A DNA stretch of 63,391 nt, filler included, from Octopus bimaculoides (Eukaryota): NCBI RefSeq assembly GCF_001194135.2. It is 6 parts of 6 records of this genome, joined end to end, with 100 filler letters (N's around TTAATTAATTAA, not from the genome) between each part and the next. Parts side by side here need not be neighbours in the genome. Positions count along the whole stretch, not along the records: positions 1 to 5,831 come from NC_068984.1; positions 5,932 to 27,104 come from NC_068981.1; 4 more parts are not named here. One strand, 5' to 3'. Each line of letters begins with the position of its first letter. Within the stretch, counting starts at the first letter, position 1. The notes under the pieces are model-generated. The model made no database searches, was not told where the DNA came from, and saw nothing but the letters and a program-made list of their open reading frames with translations. Both the position numbers and the translations under genes were made by a program. This document shows, one piece after another, positions 1 to 10,435 of the stretch.

Positions 1-30
<30 letters not shown>

Positions 31-32
<2 letters not shown>

Positions 33-173
33 GACGGGCTTCTTTCAGTTTCCGTCTACCAAATCCACTCACAAGGTTTTGGTCGGCCCGAGGCTGTAGT
101 AGACACTTGCCCAAGGTGCCACGCAGTTGGACTGAACCCGGAACCATGTGGTTCTTAAGCAAGCTACTTACCA
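31..173 (-). mobile_element. tRNA-derived SINE, family A (5' half of a bipartite SINE), running into (AT)n
   Basis: The minus strand reads GTAAGTAGCTTGCT...GGTTCCGGGTTCAGTCC (B-box-like)...GGCACCTTGGGCAAGTG...GGAAACTGAAAGAAGCCCGTCG then (TA)n. Homologous copies are at about 24090, 26140 and 58930. Confidence 0.85.
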
Positions 174-210
174 ATACTTTTTTACTTGTTTCAGCCATGT
201 GGCTGTGGTT

Positions 211-395
211 ATTCTACATAAATAAAAGAATTCACGGACGTAGGAAAGCTGTGAAGACAGCTTAGAAAATTACATAAATACCCTTTTAGAAAAGGTGATG
301 GAAAGTGGCCAGCAAGCCTCCTCACAGGGAAACGAACCCTGCATCTCTTAAACTGCAGCTGAACACTTTAAACCATTAAGTTAAGCGACCCTTGA
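211..395 (-). mobile_element. Degenerate tRNA-headed SINE-like element
   Basis: The minus strand has an A-box-like segment and a canonical T-arm (CAGGG-TTCGTTT-CCCTG at 325-341). The body (211-312) is repeated at 488-586. Confidence 0.5.
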
Positions 396-487
396 CGACA
401 GATTCCGTTTTTTTATAATGCTGAATAATAACTTTTAAAATGTGAGAAGATTTTGTAAACAAACTTATAAGCGCCGCGTGTGTTGGC

Positions 488-756
488 ATTCTACATAAAT
501 AAAGGAATTTAGGAACACAGGAAGGCTGTGAAAACAGCTTAAGAAATCGGGTAAATATCTCTTTAAAAAATGGAAAAAGTGGCCAGAAAACTCAAACATA
601 TTCTTCCGCTGTAAACCACATATCATAACGAACTAAAGAAATTCAATAGAAGAAGCGTAAACACTCGTTTTGAAAATGGAAAAATGCGGCCAGAAAACTC
701 AAACATATTCTTCAGGCGCAAACTACATATTATAACGAACTAAAGAAATTGAATAA
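488..756. repeat. Local duplications: 488-586 copies 211-312, and 567-653 is repeated at 673-756
   Basis: Shared strings such as ATTCTACATAAATAA and GGCCAGAAAACTCAAACATATTCTTC...ATAACGAACTAAAGAAATT are directly visible. Confidence 0.85.
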
Positions 757-944
757 TGGAAGAAATTGAAAAATCTGAGGAGGCAGCATATAGAAAACGC
801 AGAAAGTAAACGAAAAACAGGAACTAAAATCTAAAGACTAAAAAATAAAAAGGTAAGAGAGCTATCTTCCTTAGACCTTAAATGGTAAGGCTGGAAAAAT
901 ATCAAGTCAGTCAGGAATAGGCTGAATTTTCCAATTCTTCAACA

Positions 945-1290
945 TATATTTATACATATTCTGAAAATTTCTGACCTGGAGTTCAATAGAGAGTTTGGGA
1001 TCTTAGATCTAAAAAGGATCTGCGCTCTTTCAGTCAAACAAAGTCTAGATTTATTCGACCCATTCACATGAGGTATGGATTTCTCAGTTACTTTCCATTC
1101 AATCATACGCGGTGTTTCGTTATCTTTCAAAGTCCATCCGTAGCTAACCAACTTAGGAGCTTTACTTTGTTGGAAGGAGGCTATGTGATTGGCATGGTGA
1201 TTTTTAAATTTATCTTCACATAATCCAATATAGGTCTTCTTATCAGTTGTATTATCCTTTAGCGTTGTACTAACTAATATACAATGATAT
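945..1290 (-). mobile_element. Penelope-like element remnant, GIY-YIG endonuclease C-terminal region
   Basis: The translation KKTYIGLCEDKFKNHHANHIASF...WTLKD...IEWKV...NGSNKSRLCLTE...LLNSRSEIFRIC matches the PLE endonuclease pattern (YIG, R/H..F, W.LK, C.LCL.E, LN.R.E). Confidence 0.85.
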
Positions 1291-1294
1291 ATGG

Positions 1295-1581
1295 CAGGAG
1301 TTCTCAACAGTGGTCCATATAAGATTTTGTAGGGTCTATGGATGCAATATAGTAAATTAGAGTTCCATGGTAATTTTTCAGGGGCTATGAAAAAACTATG
1401 CTTCAGACCAGTAAAATTTATGTGCAAAAGACTTAAATATTTTTAAAATTTTTGTACGTACAAGTGCTGATAATATTTAATTACAAAAATACAACAGGAT
1501 CTTTTAAACCTCGAATAGCTATAGGGGTCCACACAAGTAAAATAGGAATCAAAGGGGTTAAAAAATGGTTAAAAAACATTG
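1295..1581. mobile_element. hAT-type MITE adjoining or inserted in the Penelope remnant
   Basis: Degenerate TIRs CAGGAGTTCTCAAC and GGTTAAAAAACATTG. The 8-bp flanks ATATATGG and ATATACAG match at 6/8 and fit the NTNTANAN-type hAT target. Confidence 0.65.
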
Positions 1582-1872
1582 ATATACAGGCAACATATGT
1601 AGAGGAAAATTAAGATGAACACAAGTATAAATTATTAGTTCCTACTTACGTCTTACCATTTCAGTTATTTATTTCGACGTTGTCAGCATTTGATGTTCCA
1701 AGTACGTTTAGATGCCTAACCGCAATGGATCCTCAAGGGAACACTTTATTGCATTCAGTTACAGAGGCCTAATGTCTCTGTTGGATCCAATATCATGTTT
1801 GGAACACATGTGGTCATACAACTGCGTAGTGTTTAATTCCAATTTTATTATTCACTGATATTCTAATTACTG

Positions 1873-1942
<70 letters not shown>
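1873..1942. repeat. (CAT)n microsatellite
   Basis: Pure trinucleotide run. Confidence 0.98.
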
Positions 1943-2222
1943 TCAGTGACTAATCGCTCCGCCGTCATCTAACATAATCACACCCATCATTAGTACTGAA
2001 CTCGAAACAATGTCAAAATCCACGAGCAAAATCACCGTAAAAAGCGTCGTCAGCACGACAATTGTCCAGCCTTATCTCCATTGGTCAACGGACTTAGACT
2101 TATACGAAAAGAGTAGAACATATGGCTTAGGTAGATTTGCATAATTTAAACAAAAATGAACTAAGGGAAACAACTCAAAGTGGTCAGTGGTGCGTCAGTC
2201 TGGCATTAGTATTTTCAATCTC

Positions 2223-2393
2223 TAGTATTTCGTCTGTCTTTACGTTCTGAGTTCAAATTCCGCCGAAGTCAACTTTGCCTTTCATCCTTTCGGGGTCGAT
2301 AAATTAAGTATCAGTTGCGTACTGGGGTCGATCTAATCGACTGGCCCTCTCCTCAAAAGTTTCGGGCCTTGTGCCTAGAGTAGAAAAGAATAT
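2223..2393 (+). mobile_element. SINE family D (Deu/Nin-like core), tail type 1
   Basis: GAGTTCAAATTCC B-box; core CTTTGCCTTTCATCCTTTCGGGGTCGATAAATTAAGTA resembling the Deu/Nin domain; tail GGGCCTTGTGCCTAGAGTAGAAAAGAAT. Confidence 0.85.
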
Positions 2394-2444
2394 TTTCAGT
2401 CTCTATTTTCTGTGGTAGAAATGGGACTACAGTAGCACCCCGAC

Positions 2445-2590
2445 CTTCACACATTACAACTGAGTAAATGGAAGCAATGCGAAATAAAGTATCTTGCTCA
2501 AGGACACGACACCTCATCCGGAACGGAAATGAACCCGCAACCTTATGATCACGAACCGAACATCCTAATCAATAGGTCACGCGTCTTCGC
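2445..2590 (-). mobile_element. SINE family C (tRNA head plus Meta/V-like core GTGTCCTTGAGCAAGA.ACTTT)
   Basis: The plus strand shows AATAAAGTATCTTGCTCAAGGACAC followed by the reverse-complement tRNA-like head. It is homologous to copies at about 10300, 26240 and 41560. Confidence 0.75.
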
Positions 2591-2599
2591 ATCAACACT

Positions 2600-2797
2600 A
2601 ATTTCTTTACTACCCACAAGGGGCTACACACAGAGGGGACAAACAAGGACAGACAAAGGGATTAAGTTGATTATATCGACCCCAGTGCGTAACTGGTACT
2701 TATTTAATCCACCCCGAAAGGATGAAATGCAAAGTCGACCTCGGCGGAATTTGAACTCAGAACGTAGCGGCAGACGAAATACCGCTAAGCATTTCGC
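2600..2797 (-). mobile_element. SINE family D, tail type 2, 5'-truncated
   Basis: Reverse complement of the D core plus the tail TTAATCCCTTTGTCTGTCCTTGTTTGTCCCCTCT, as in the 11562 copy. Confidence 0.9.
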
Positions 2798-2870
2798 GGT
2801 ATTTCGTCTGCCGCTACGTTCTGAGTTCAAATTCCGCCGAGGTCGACTTTGCATTTCATCCTTTCGGGGT
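2711..2870. repeat. Perfect 75-bp inverted repeat with a 10-nt loop, derived from SINE D
   Basis: 2711-2785 is the exact reverse complement of 2796-2870; the loop is TAAGCATTTC. Confidence 0.95.
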
Positions 2871-3008
2871 CAATTCAACACTGCAGTCACCGTTAATGTA
2901 GGAAAAAATCCTGAATTCGATTAGACTGGTGAAGACCAGTATCGATAAATATAAGTCAATAGTTAAGTTTAAGATCGATAAAGTCCAATTGCTATAAAGC
3001 GTGTAGGG

Positions 3009-3043
3009 TCTAACGTTTCGGGCCTTGTCTTTTTGTCTGAGAA
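3009..3043 (-). ncRNA. Highly degenerate minimal hammerhead-like motif
   Basis: The minus strand reads TCT-CAGACAA-...GGCCC-GAAACGTT-AGA. Stem I (TCT/AGA) and GAAACGTT are retained; the core has two mismatches. Confidence 0.3.
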
Positions 3044-3239
3044 TAGGGGAAGGGTGAAGGGAACATGTACTGCTTTTAGTTGGACGCGAAGCATGGAAGG
3101 ACTATATACGTAAGTGATTCCATTGACGATATCCGAATAGACCAGCGCCTCAAGCGTGTTGTGGAGCACCATAGCCATCACAACTGTCGGCAAGAACTCA
3201 GCTTCCGCTATTAACCACTCTTATCAACACCAACACTTC

Positions 3240-3665
3240 AGTAGCACCAACACCACCACCACCACCATCTCCATCATCTCCATCATCCTCACTATTGATT
3301 TTAGCCCTACCGTTTAAAGCTACCTCGAGATCAGCACTAACAACACTGCCATCGCCAACGGCACCAGCATCACCACCACCACTACCATTATCATCATCAT
3401 CATCATCATCTTCATCATCACTTCCATCAGTCTTTCATCATTTTTGTTAACATTGCCAACTGTATCATCAATATCGCCACCGCTACCGCCATCAATTATC
3501 ATCATTGTCGCCATCCTTTTCCTTCTTCACATCATCAACATATTCGCCATCGAAACTACCATCAACATCATCTCCATCATCATCATTATAAGCAGCAGCA
3601 GCAGCAGCAGTAGCAGTAATAACAGCACGATCACCATCTCCACCACAAGCATCTTCGACTACTAC

Positions 3666-3697
<32 letters not shown>

Positions 3698-3901
3698 ACA
3701 GCAGCAACAACACCACCGCTACCATCACCGCAACTACCATCAGCGACACTACCACTACCGGTATCATCATCATCGTTACCACTACCACCGCAACCGCCAC
3801 GCTACACCCCTCCACCACCACCACCACCACCACCGTCAGTCATCACCAACATTCATCATATCAGCATCATCGTTATCTTTACCATCATCACCGCAACAGC
3901 C

Positions 3902-3935
<34 letters not shown>

Positions 3936-4440
3936 TCATCATATTCACTATCACCGTCACTGCCAGTTCCACCACCACCACCACCACCACCACCATCACC
4001 ACCGTCAGTCACCACCAACATTCATCATACCACCATCACCACAACCACAGCCACCACCACCACCACCATCACCATCATCGTCATCGTCACTATCACCACT
4101 ACTGCCAGCNNNNNNNNNNNNNNNNNNNNNNNNNNNNNNNNNNNNNNNNNNNNNNNNNNNNNNNNNNNNNNNNNNNNNNNNNNNNNNNNNNNCTATCACC
4201 ATCACCACCACCACCACCACCACTGTCAGTCACCACCAACATTCATCATACCACCATCACCACAACCACAGCCACCACCACCACCACCATCACCATCATC
4301 GTCATCGTCACTATCACCACTACTGCCAGCTCCACCACCACCATCACTATCACTACCATCACCATTACCACCATTACCACCACCACCACCACAACCACAT
4401 CAACATCATCGTCATCACCATCATCATCTTCAATCCACAT
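3240..4440. repeat. Compound (CAY/CAN)n low-complexity array with a higher-order repeat unit
   Basis: Trinucleotide mosaic. A block GTCAGTCA.CACCAACATTCATCATA...ACTGCCAG recurs at about 3836, 4003 and 4224. Confidence 0.9.
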
Positions 4441-5004
4441 GACCATTACGTAAATGCAACTAGTGGTCGCATTAGCATCTTTGCCCACAGCAAACCATTT
4501 GCTTCCATTTCTGGTTTTACGTCTGCCATACGTAATGCTAGTCTAAATTGGATGTAATTACTTTTCTTGCTAGAAATATTTTATACTAAAGGAAGAACAT
4601 ATACATTTTGCCTTTTGTTGTTTGTATTATTTTCTTTTATTTATTTTTGCTGTCTCTCTAGATTTTATGGAATCGAAATTTAGCTAAAAATGATCTATTT
4701 AATATATTTTTGGGGCTATGTATAAGACCACATTTTGAGGGGAAAATTGGAAGGTAGGCTAATGCCACATAAGGTCATTGCTGTTTGGCTGTAGGTCATA
4801 CCTGATCTGGCAAATCTACGATAAAAGACGCTCCAGCGTTGACCACCTTGTCTTTTTTTTTTTAATAATTCTTTCTAATTTTGGCGTTAGGCCAGCAACA
4901 TTTAGGGAAGGAAGTAAGTCGACAGCATAAACTTCAGTTCTTAACTAGTATTTATTTTATCGCCCACGAAAATGTCATTTTTAATAAAATAATAGTAACA
5001 ATTG

Positions 5005-5006
<2 letters not shown>

Positions 5007-5068
<62 letters not shown>
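5007..5068. repeat. (TG)n microsatellite
   Basis: Pure dinucleotide run. Confidence 0.98.
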
Positions 5069-5076
<8 letters not shown>

Positions 5077-5089
5077 CGTGATCCGTTGG

Positions 5090-5265
5090 TGATTTCTTCT
5101 TCTCCTCCTTAGGACTTTTCTCTTTCTCCTTTCTAACGAAGAACTATGCTCGAAACGTTAAATTATCTCTCTTCACCGAGCGTCAATCTAATATACTTAT
5201 TGTGCACGTCCTCTCCTTCGTTGTTTTTTTCGTTTTCTGTTTTTCGCTTTTAATCTGTTTATTTG
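5090..5265 (+). mobile_element. Pyrimidine-rich repeat carrying a minimal hammerhead motif (Penelope pLTR-like)
   Basis: TTT-CTAACGA-A-GAAC-TAT-GCTC-GAAAC-GTT-AAA at 5130-5162. The downstream CCGAGCGTCAA.CTAATA block is shared with about 6137, 11890 (minus) and 26778. Confidence 0.6.
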
Positions 5266-5271
5266 AATTGT

Positions 5272-5346
5272 TTTGGATCATCCCATAAATTATGCGGATT
5301 TTTTATACTTCTTTTATTTTTCAAAATTAAGATAAACAAAGTTCTT
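5272..5346 (-). mobile_element. Mariner 3' end/TIR fragment
   Basis: Reverse complement of the 3' end of the mariner remnant at about 10080-10155 (AAGAACTTTG.TTATCTTAATTTTGAAAA...CCGCAT.AT.TATGGGATGA.CCAA). Confidence 0.75.
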
Positions 5347-5356
5347 NNNNNNNNNN

Positions 5357-5751
5357 TAAAACTAGAACAGCAACGGACCATGATAAAACGATGCCAAGAA
5401 AAGCCCTTTCATGGCAAATACTGGACTAATACTGAAACTTTCGAAATACAAAGACCTGGAAATAGAGGTAACTCGAATGTGGAATCTAAAAACAGAAACA
5501 ATTCCTATCATAGTAGGCGCCTTAGGTATAATTTTAAAAAAATATTCAGACAAATACATAACAAAAACACCAGGACTTACAAATATATATAACATACAGA
5601 AAATTGCACTACTGGGCACTGCACACATCCTACGCAAAACACTCTCAATACAGTAACCATAAGAGCATCACAGCAAACCACAGAACATACCCAACGCACA
5701 CAAAGCTGCGCTCGGTAGTGAGGAGAAAGCACTCTATAAAAATAATACTAC
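5357..5751 (+). mobile_element. 3' end of an RLE-type non-LTR retrotransposon (R4/Dong-like), internally deleted
   Basis: EKPFHGKYW is joined to KLSKYKDLEIEVTRMWNLKTETIPIIVGALG...IQKIALLGTAHILRKTL, the typical RLE C-terminus. A short 3' UTR follows, then (TAA)n at 5752-5818. Confidence 0.88.
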
Positions 5752-5820
<69 letters not shown>

Positions 5821-5972
5821 TCGAAAAATACNNNNNNNNNNNNNNNNNNNNNNNNNNNNNNNNNNNNNNNNNNNNTTAATTAATTAANNNNNNNNNNNNN
5901 NNNNNNNNNNNNNNNNNNNNNNNNNNNNNNNTATATATGTATGTTTGTATGTATGTATGTATATATGTATAA

Positions 5973-6005
<33 letters not shown>

Positions 6006-6079
6006 CATAAATATACATGTATATATATAAATATATATATCTGTGTATATGTGTATGTGTATATATATGTATATATGTG

Positions 6080-6120
<41 letters not shown>

Positions 6121-6758
6121 TATACTTTTTCACTTCCCGAGCGTTAAACTAATACACTTGTTTGTTGTCTACACCATCTGTCTACACGCCTTTCTTTCAA
6201 GCAAAGGTTCCCCCAAGACAAGGTGCTGGTTTATTACATATGACTCATTTATACGTGACCATCTCTCATTGTCCCTGTTCTGATAGGTGTTTTTACAAGA
6301 CCTCTAAATGTATTCGTACCAAATCTTCCCCCAGGGTAAGTCGCCAGTTTATAGTGTATATATAACCTATTCAGTTCTGTCTTTGTTCAGCTTAAGATCA
6401 TCCCTAATAAAGTATACCTTTGATCAAAGACTTACCAGCCATGATCATTTAGTATTTTATTCGTTCACGTGTTAAGGATTTCATTACATAATCTGATTCG
6501 ATTGTAAGATACCCGTAATTCTATTAACTGGAATTTTTTTTAATGAAATTTTGATTTCTAGCATAAAACAGCCTTAGAAACACGCTGGAATGATCAAAAT
6601 AACATTTCAAAATAACATTTTAAAAAGAAATAATCGAGATATTGGGTGAAAAATTAGCAAACCTCATTTGAATATCAGAGAAATATACCTAGTAGATATA
6701 GCAAAAAGGTTAGATATGTGTAAATATTGACAGATAATTACGAAATTTTTAATTTTTA

Positions 6759-6797
6759 AGTGATCTCATATGAGATCACTGGTAGATAATGGGTTAA
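6759..6797. mobile_element. Possible piggyBac-like terminus with a 22-bp palindrome
   Basis: Perfect palindrome AGTGATCTCATATGAGATCACT, then GGTAGATAATGGG-TTAA (GGG plus TTAA end). The matching left end was not found. Confidence 0.35.
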
Positions 6798-8239
6798 GGA
6801 GTGATTTGAGGAAAATTCGGCTGATATTTCTATCTAGTCGAGCGGCCACACCGAGGCTGCATCTTTGTTTTATCATCATGGTAAAAAATTTATATTCTTA
6901 CGAAGTGATGACTATGAACTTGACTTTGTAAGCCGGATTATAAGCACCAGGTGTCGCCTATTTGCAAATAGATGAACTGGGACAGTAAAGGTGAAGTGTC
7001 AATATAGTCGAAACATCCCAAAACCGGTGGAATGATACGAACTGCTTACATTTTGGTTTGTTATCTTTAACTCTATCATTTTCACCACCCACTCAACCAC
7101 TTTTGGCCATATGTAAAATTTTTAGAACAATGCACTTAAGCACCGTTTTCACTATTTGACTTCCATCCCACATTCTCTCCCCACCTCTCTATCTCTCACA
7201 CACATACACACGCGCACACACACACACATACACACACATACAGACGCACACTCACCTAAGTACGCATGCACATGCACACACAGAGAAAGACCGACACGAA
7301 TTGGTTTTTAATTATCAAAGAGATGATTTTATTAAATTCCAGGAAAATTATAGTTCCAAAAGTACGTTTTTCTTTTAAACTTTCTTTTATCAGACAGATA
7401 ATTGTGAGCAACAGAAAACTACTATCAATTAAAATTTCAAAATTAAATACTTTTTAACAATTATATTTTGTTTAGAGCTAAGATTTTACAACTTTCTTTC
7501 TTTCTTTTTTGTTATTTTTGTTTTTGGATTTTTTTGCCCATCTCAGTTCTCAAGAGGCGGTGTCTTCTAGAAAAATATATATGTAAAATTGATGTAAAAT
7601 AATATGAATAAAACTATAAAATATAATATAAATTATATAAAATACAATAAACGAAAGTTTAAAAAAAAAGAGCTAGAGAGAGAGAGAAAGTTTGAAAGAA
7701 ATATAAAAAAAAACATATAGAAGACAAACGGAAGAAAACAGGAAGGAGACGAAAAAATGTGAAGATAATGGAGAGGAAGAAAAGGGGACATAATTACGAC
7801 TCAAAATGTAGAAAATAAAAATTATAACTTTAAGTTATTTTTGATTTGTCTGTGTCTGTTGTGGAATTAAAACAATTAAGAATGATTCTTTTTTTTATGT
7901 TTTATACTTTTAATTGTTTTCTACTACTATTGGAATAGTTGAAGTTGTTGTTGTTGTTGTTGTTGTTATCGTTGTTCTTTTTGTTGTTGTTGTTGTTGTC
8001 GTCGTCTCTGTTGCTATTGTTAAAAATCTCTTCCGTGCTTTTTATACTCGTGTTTATCCCCCTCTCGCTTTCACTCTATTTTTCTTTCTATCTCTCTATC
8101 CATCTATCTATCTCTATCTATGTATCATTCTTTGTTCCCTCCCCCCTCTCTCTCTCAGTTCATCTCTTTCTTTGTTTCTCCCTTCACTACATTTCGAACT
8201 TTCTCACAACCGTTGTCTACCATCTCTCCTTCATTTTCA

Positions 8240-8241
8240 CT

Positions 8242-8297
<56 letters not shown>

Positions 8298-8491
8298 TCA
8301 TCTGTCTGTGTGTCTCTGTCTCTCTTCTCTCTCTCCCACCTCTCTCCATCTCTCTCCCTCTCTCTCTCTCTCTGTCTGTCTCTCTGTCTCTCTGTCTCTC
8401 TGTCTCTCTGTCTTTCTCTCTCTTTCTCTCTCTCTCTCTCCCTTTCTCTCTCTCTCTCTCTCTCTCCCTCTCTCNNNNNNNNNNNNNNNNN

Positions 8492-8565
<74 letters not shown>
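8240..8565. repeat. Compound (TACA)n/(TA)n/(CT)n microsatellite block
   Basis: Simple repeats with a short gap. Confidence 0.95.
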
Positions 8566-8568
<3 letters not shown>

Positions 8569-8764
8569 TTCCTTGCTTACATCCTAATCACTAATTTTCT
8601 TATAAACGTCCCCCCATCTCTTTCCGTCTATTTCTATTCTTCTTGTTCAGATCAATTCTTTTTCACATTATTATTATTTTTGATGCCGATGCTGGTTTTT
8701 CTTCTTTTTCTTCTTTCCTTCTTAATTTTATCACAAATTCCACTTAGAAAACTAAACTAACTTC

Positions 8765-9150
8765 AATTGAATTGAGAATCTCAGTGGTTACTGCTAGCCT
8801 TTCGACCCCCGAATCACCAAATCCTTAATTAAATCACTTCAATATTTGTACAGCAACACTGGTAAACTTCATTCAATAAGGTGGTTGTTTACATTAAGCT
8901 GAGACGTCAACGCACGTTCAAATCTTGATTGGGTATATTTCATCTGGACACAGGCATGCCTGTGTGATAAAGAAGATTGGTCTTCCACTACGTGGCACGT
9001 TGCGGCACATTGTACCAGGTTGGCACGTTGTGGGACATTGTACCAGGTAGGCACCTTGTGACATATTGTACCAGGTAGCCCGTTGAGTAAGTGCATTTTG
9101 CCATAAAAGAAAACTGATTTGAAGCCTGTCGAATGGATCGTTTCTTTCTT
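8765..9150 (-). mobile_element. Decayed Tc1-like transposase remnant with an internal 28-bp tandem repeat
   Basis: The minus strand encodes NVPRSGRP (the GRP motif after the paired HTH) and, downstream, GDSGVERLAVTTEILNS, which resembles the Tc1 core G.G.L...G.MNS. Confidence 0.4.
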
Positions 9151-9816
9151 GAGGTTTGCATATCACCCGGATTTATTCTATCAGCTCATTTGATCTTTAT
9201 GTATCTTTAGCAGACTCCACGTTCTTGTAAGTATCTGAGGAAGATCTCCGTTGTGAGGATAACCGACTTTCTACCCACAGGCCTTGGAAACCATCGCGCG
9301 CGCTCGTGTGTCTGTCTGTGTGTGTATAGTGCACGGTAATATCGATATATATATATATATTTAGAATTTAATTATCTCCTACAGATGTTTCAATGGAATG
9401 AAATATCAATGTATTATTACGTAATTAAAATACATAATTTTAAAACTATTCGTTAGCCATATCTTCGAGAGAAAGGATTACAAAAAATGGATAACCAGGA
9501 AACAATTACTGATTTCAATACAAAAGAGACATATCGTCTTCGCTGATTCTGATTAAACATATGAATTTGTTGCACTAGGATTTACTGCATTGTTGAAACG
9601 AACTAAAGTTTACAGATGTTTTATCAGTTGAACGTTTAATTACTGTGGAAATATTCTTTGATGTTAATTAATGCATCAAATATACATACACATCTCAAAA
9701 ATAAATACACATCCTTCGTTATAGCTTTTTATGTATGCAGGCACTCTTCATTAGAACAAAGCTAAAAAGGGTTAGATCATTAAAAACTACTCAAGATATG
9801 TCTACTAAATACTAAA

Positions 9817-10158
9817 TTTCAAAGGCTGGAACAATTTGAATGGAAAACGATGCCTCACTCACCATATTCGCCGGACATTACCCTATCTGATTATCATTTA
9901 TTCCGCAGATTTCAAAATCATTTGAACGGAAAAATGTGAATTCTATAAACGAGGTCAGAAAAGTACTGGAGGAATATCTTCTGTCATGAACAAGTGAATT
10001 TTAGAAGAGGGTCCTTGCAAGTCTACCAGATAGATGGAAAGGCATTGTAGAAAATGAAGGAGCGTATATTTTATATTCAAAAAGAACTTTGCTTATCTTA
10101 ATTTTGAAAAATAAAATAAGTTTAAAAAACCGCATTATGTATGGGATGACCAAATATA
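9817..10158 (+). mobile_element. Mariner transposase remnant (C-terminal half) with 3' TIR
   Basis: Reads FQRLEQFEWKTMPHSPYSPDITLSDYHLFRRFQNHLNG (YSPDLAPSDYHLF motif) and LASLPDRWKGIVENEGAY, with stops and frameshifts. It ends GGGATGACCAAATA-TA. Confidence 0.92.
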
Positions 10159-10204
10159 TATAGTATAAAATTAATGTGGGCTGCAGAGCGCGATAAACTA
10201 AACT

Positions 10205-10435
10205 TGCACTTCGTCGGTTATGGTAGCAATGGTTCCAGTTAGTCCGATCAACGGAACGGCCTACACGTGAGAGAGAAACCTGCACCATTACCTGTCTTGT
10301 GCTCATCTACAGTTGAGTAGATTGGAGCAACGTGAAATGAAGTGACTTGCTGAAGGACACGACACGACGCCTGGCCCAGGAATCGAATTCATGACGCTAT
10401 GATCATAAGCCGAACCTAACCAATTACACAACGCG
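10205..10435 (-). mobile_element. SINE family C variant with a 3' module shared with the 19400 SINE
   Basis: GGAGCAACGTGAAATGAAGTGACTTGCTGAAGGACAC core, plus GGTTCCAGTTAGTCCGATCAACGGAAC, which matches about 19432-19460. Confidence 0.75.

Noticed and set aside
939-1427. The 162-aa ORF as an intact gene
   Set aside because: It is chimeric: the N-terminal part is hAT MITE sequence and only about 945-1290 is Penelope endonuclease.
3444-4442. 332-aa His/Pro/Ser-rich ORF
   Set aside because: It is a translation of trinucleotide low-complexity DNA with no domain signature, and the other frames and strand are also open.
5832-5931. TTAATTAATTAA flanked by 44 N on each side; also at 27149, 31669, 56975 and 61219
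   Set aside because: The identical 44N+12+44N structure five times indicates an artificial scaffolding linker with stops in all frames, not a biological motif.
7914-8760. Hydrophobic ORFs resembling membrane proteins
   Set aside because: They derive from (GTT)n, (TA)n and (CT)n repeats.
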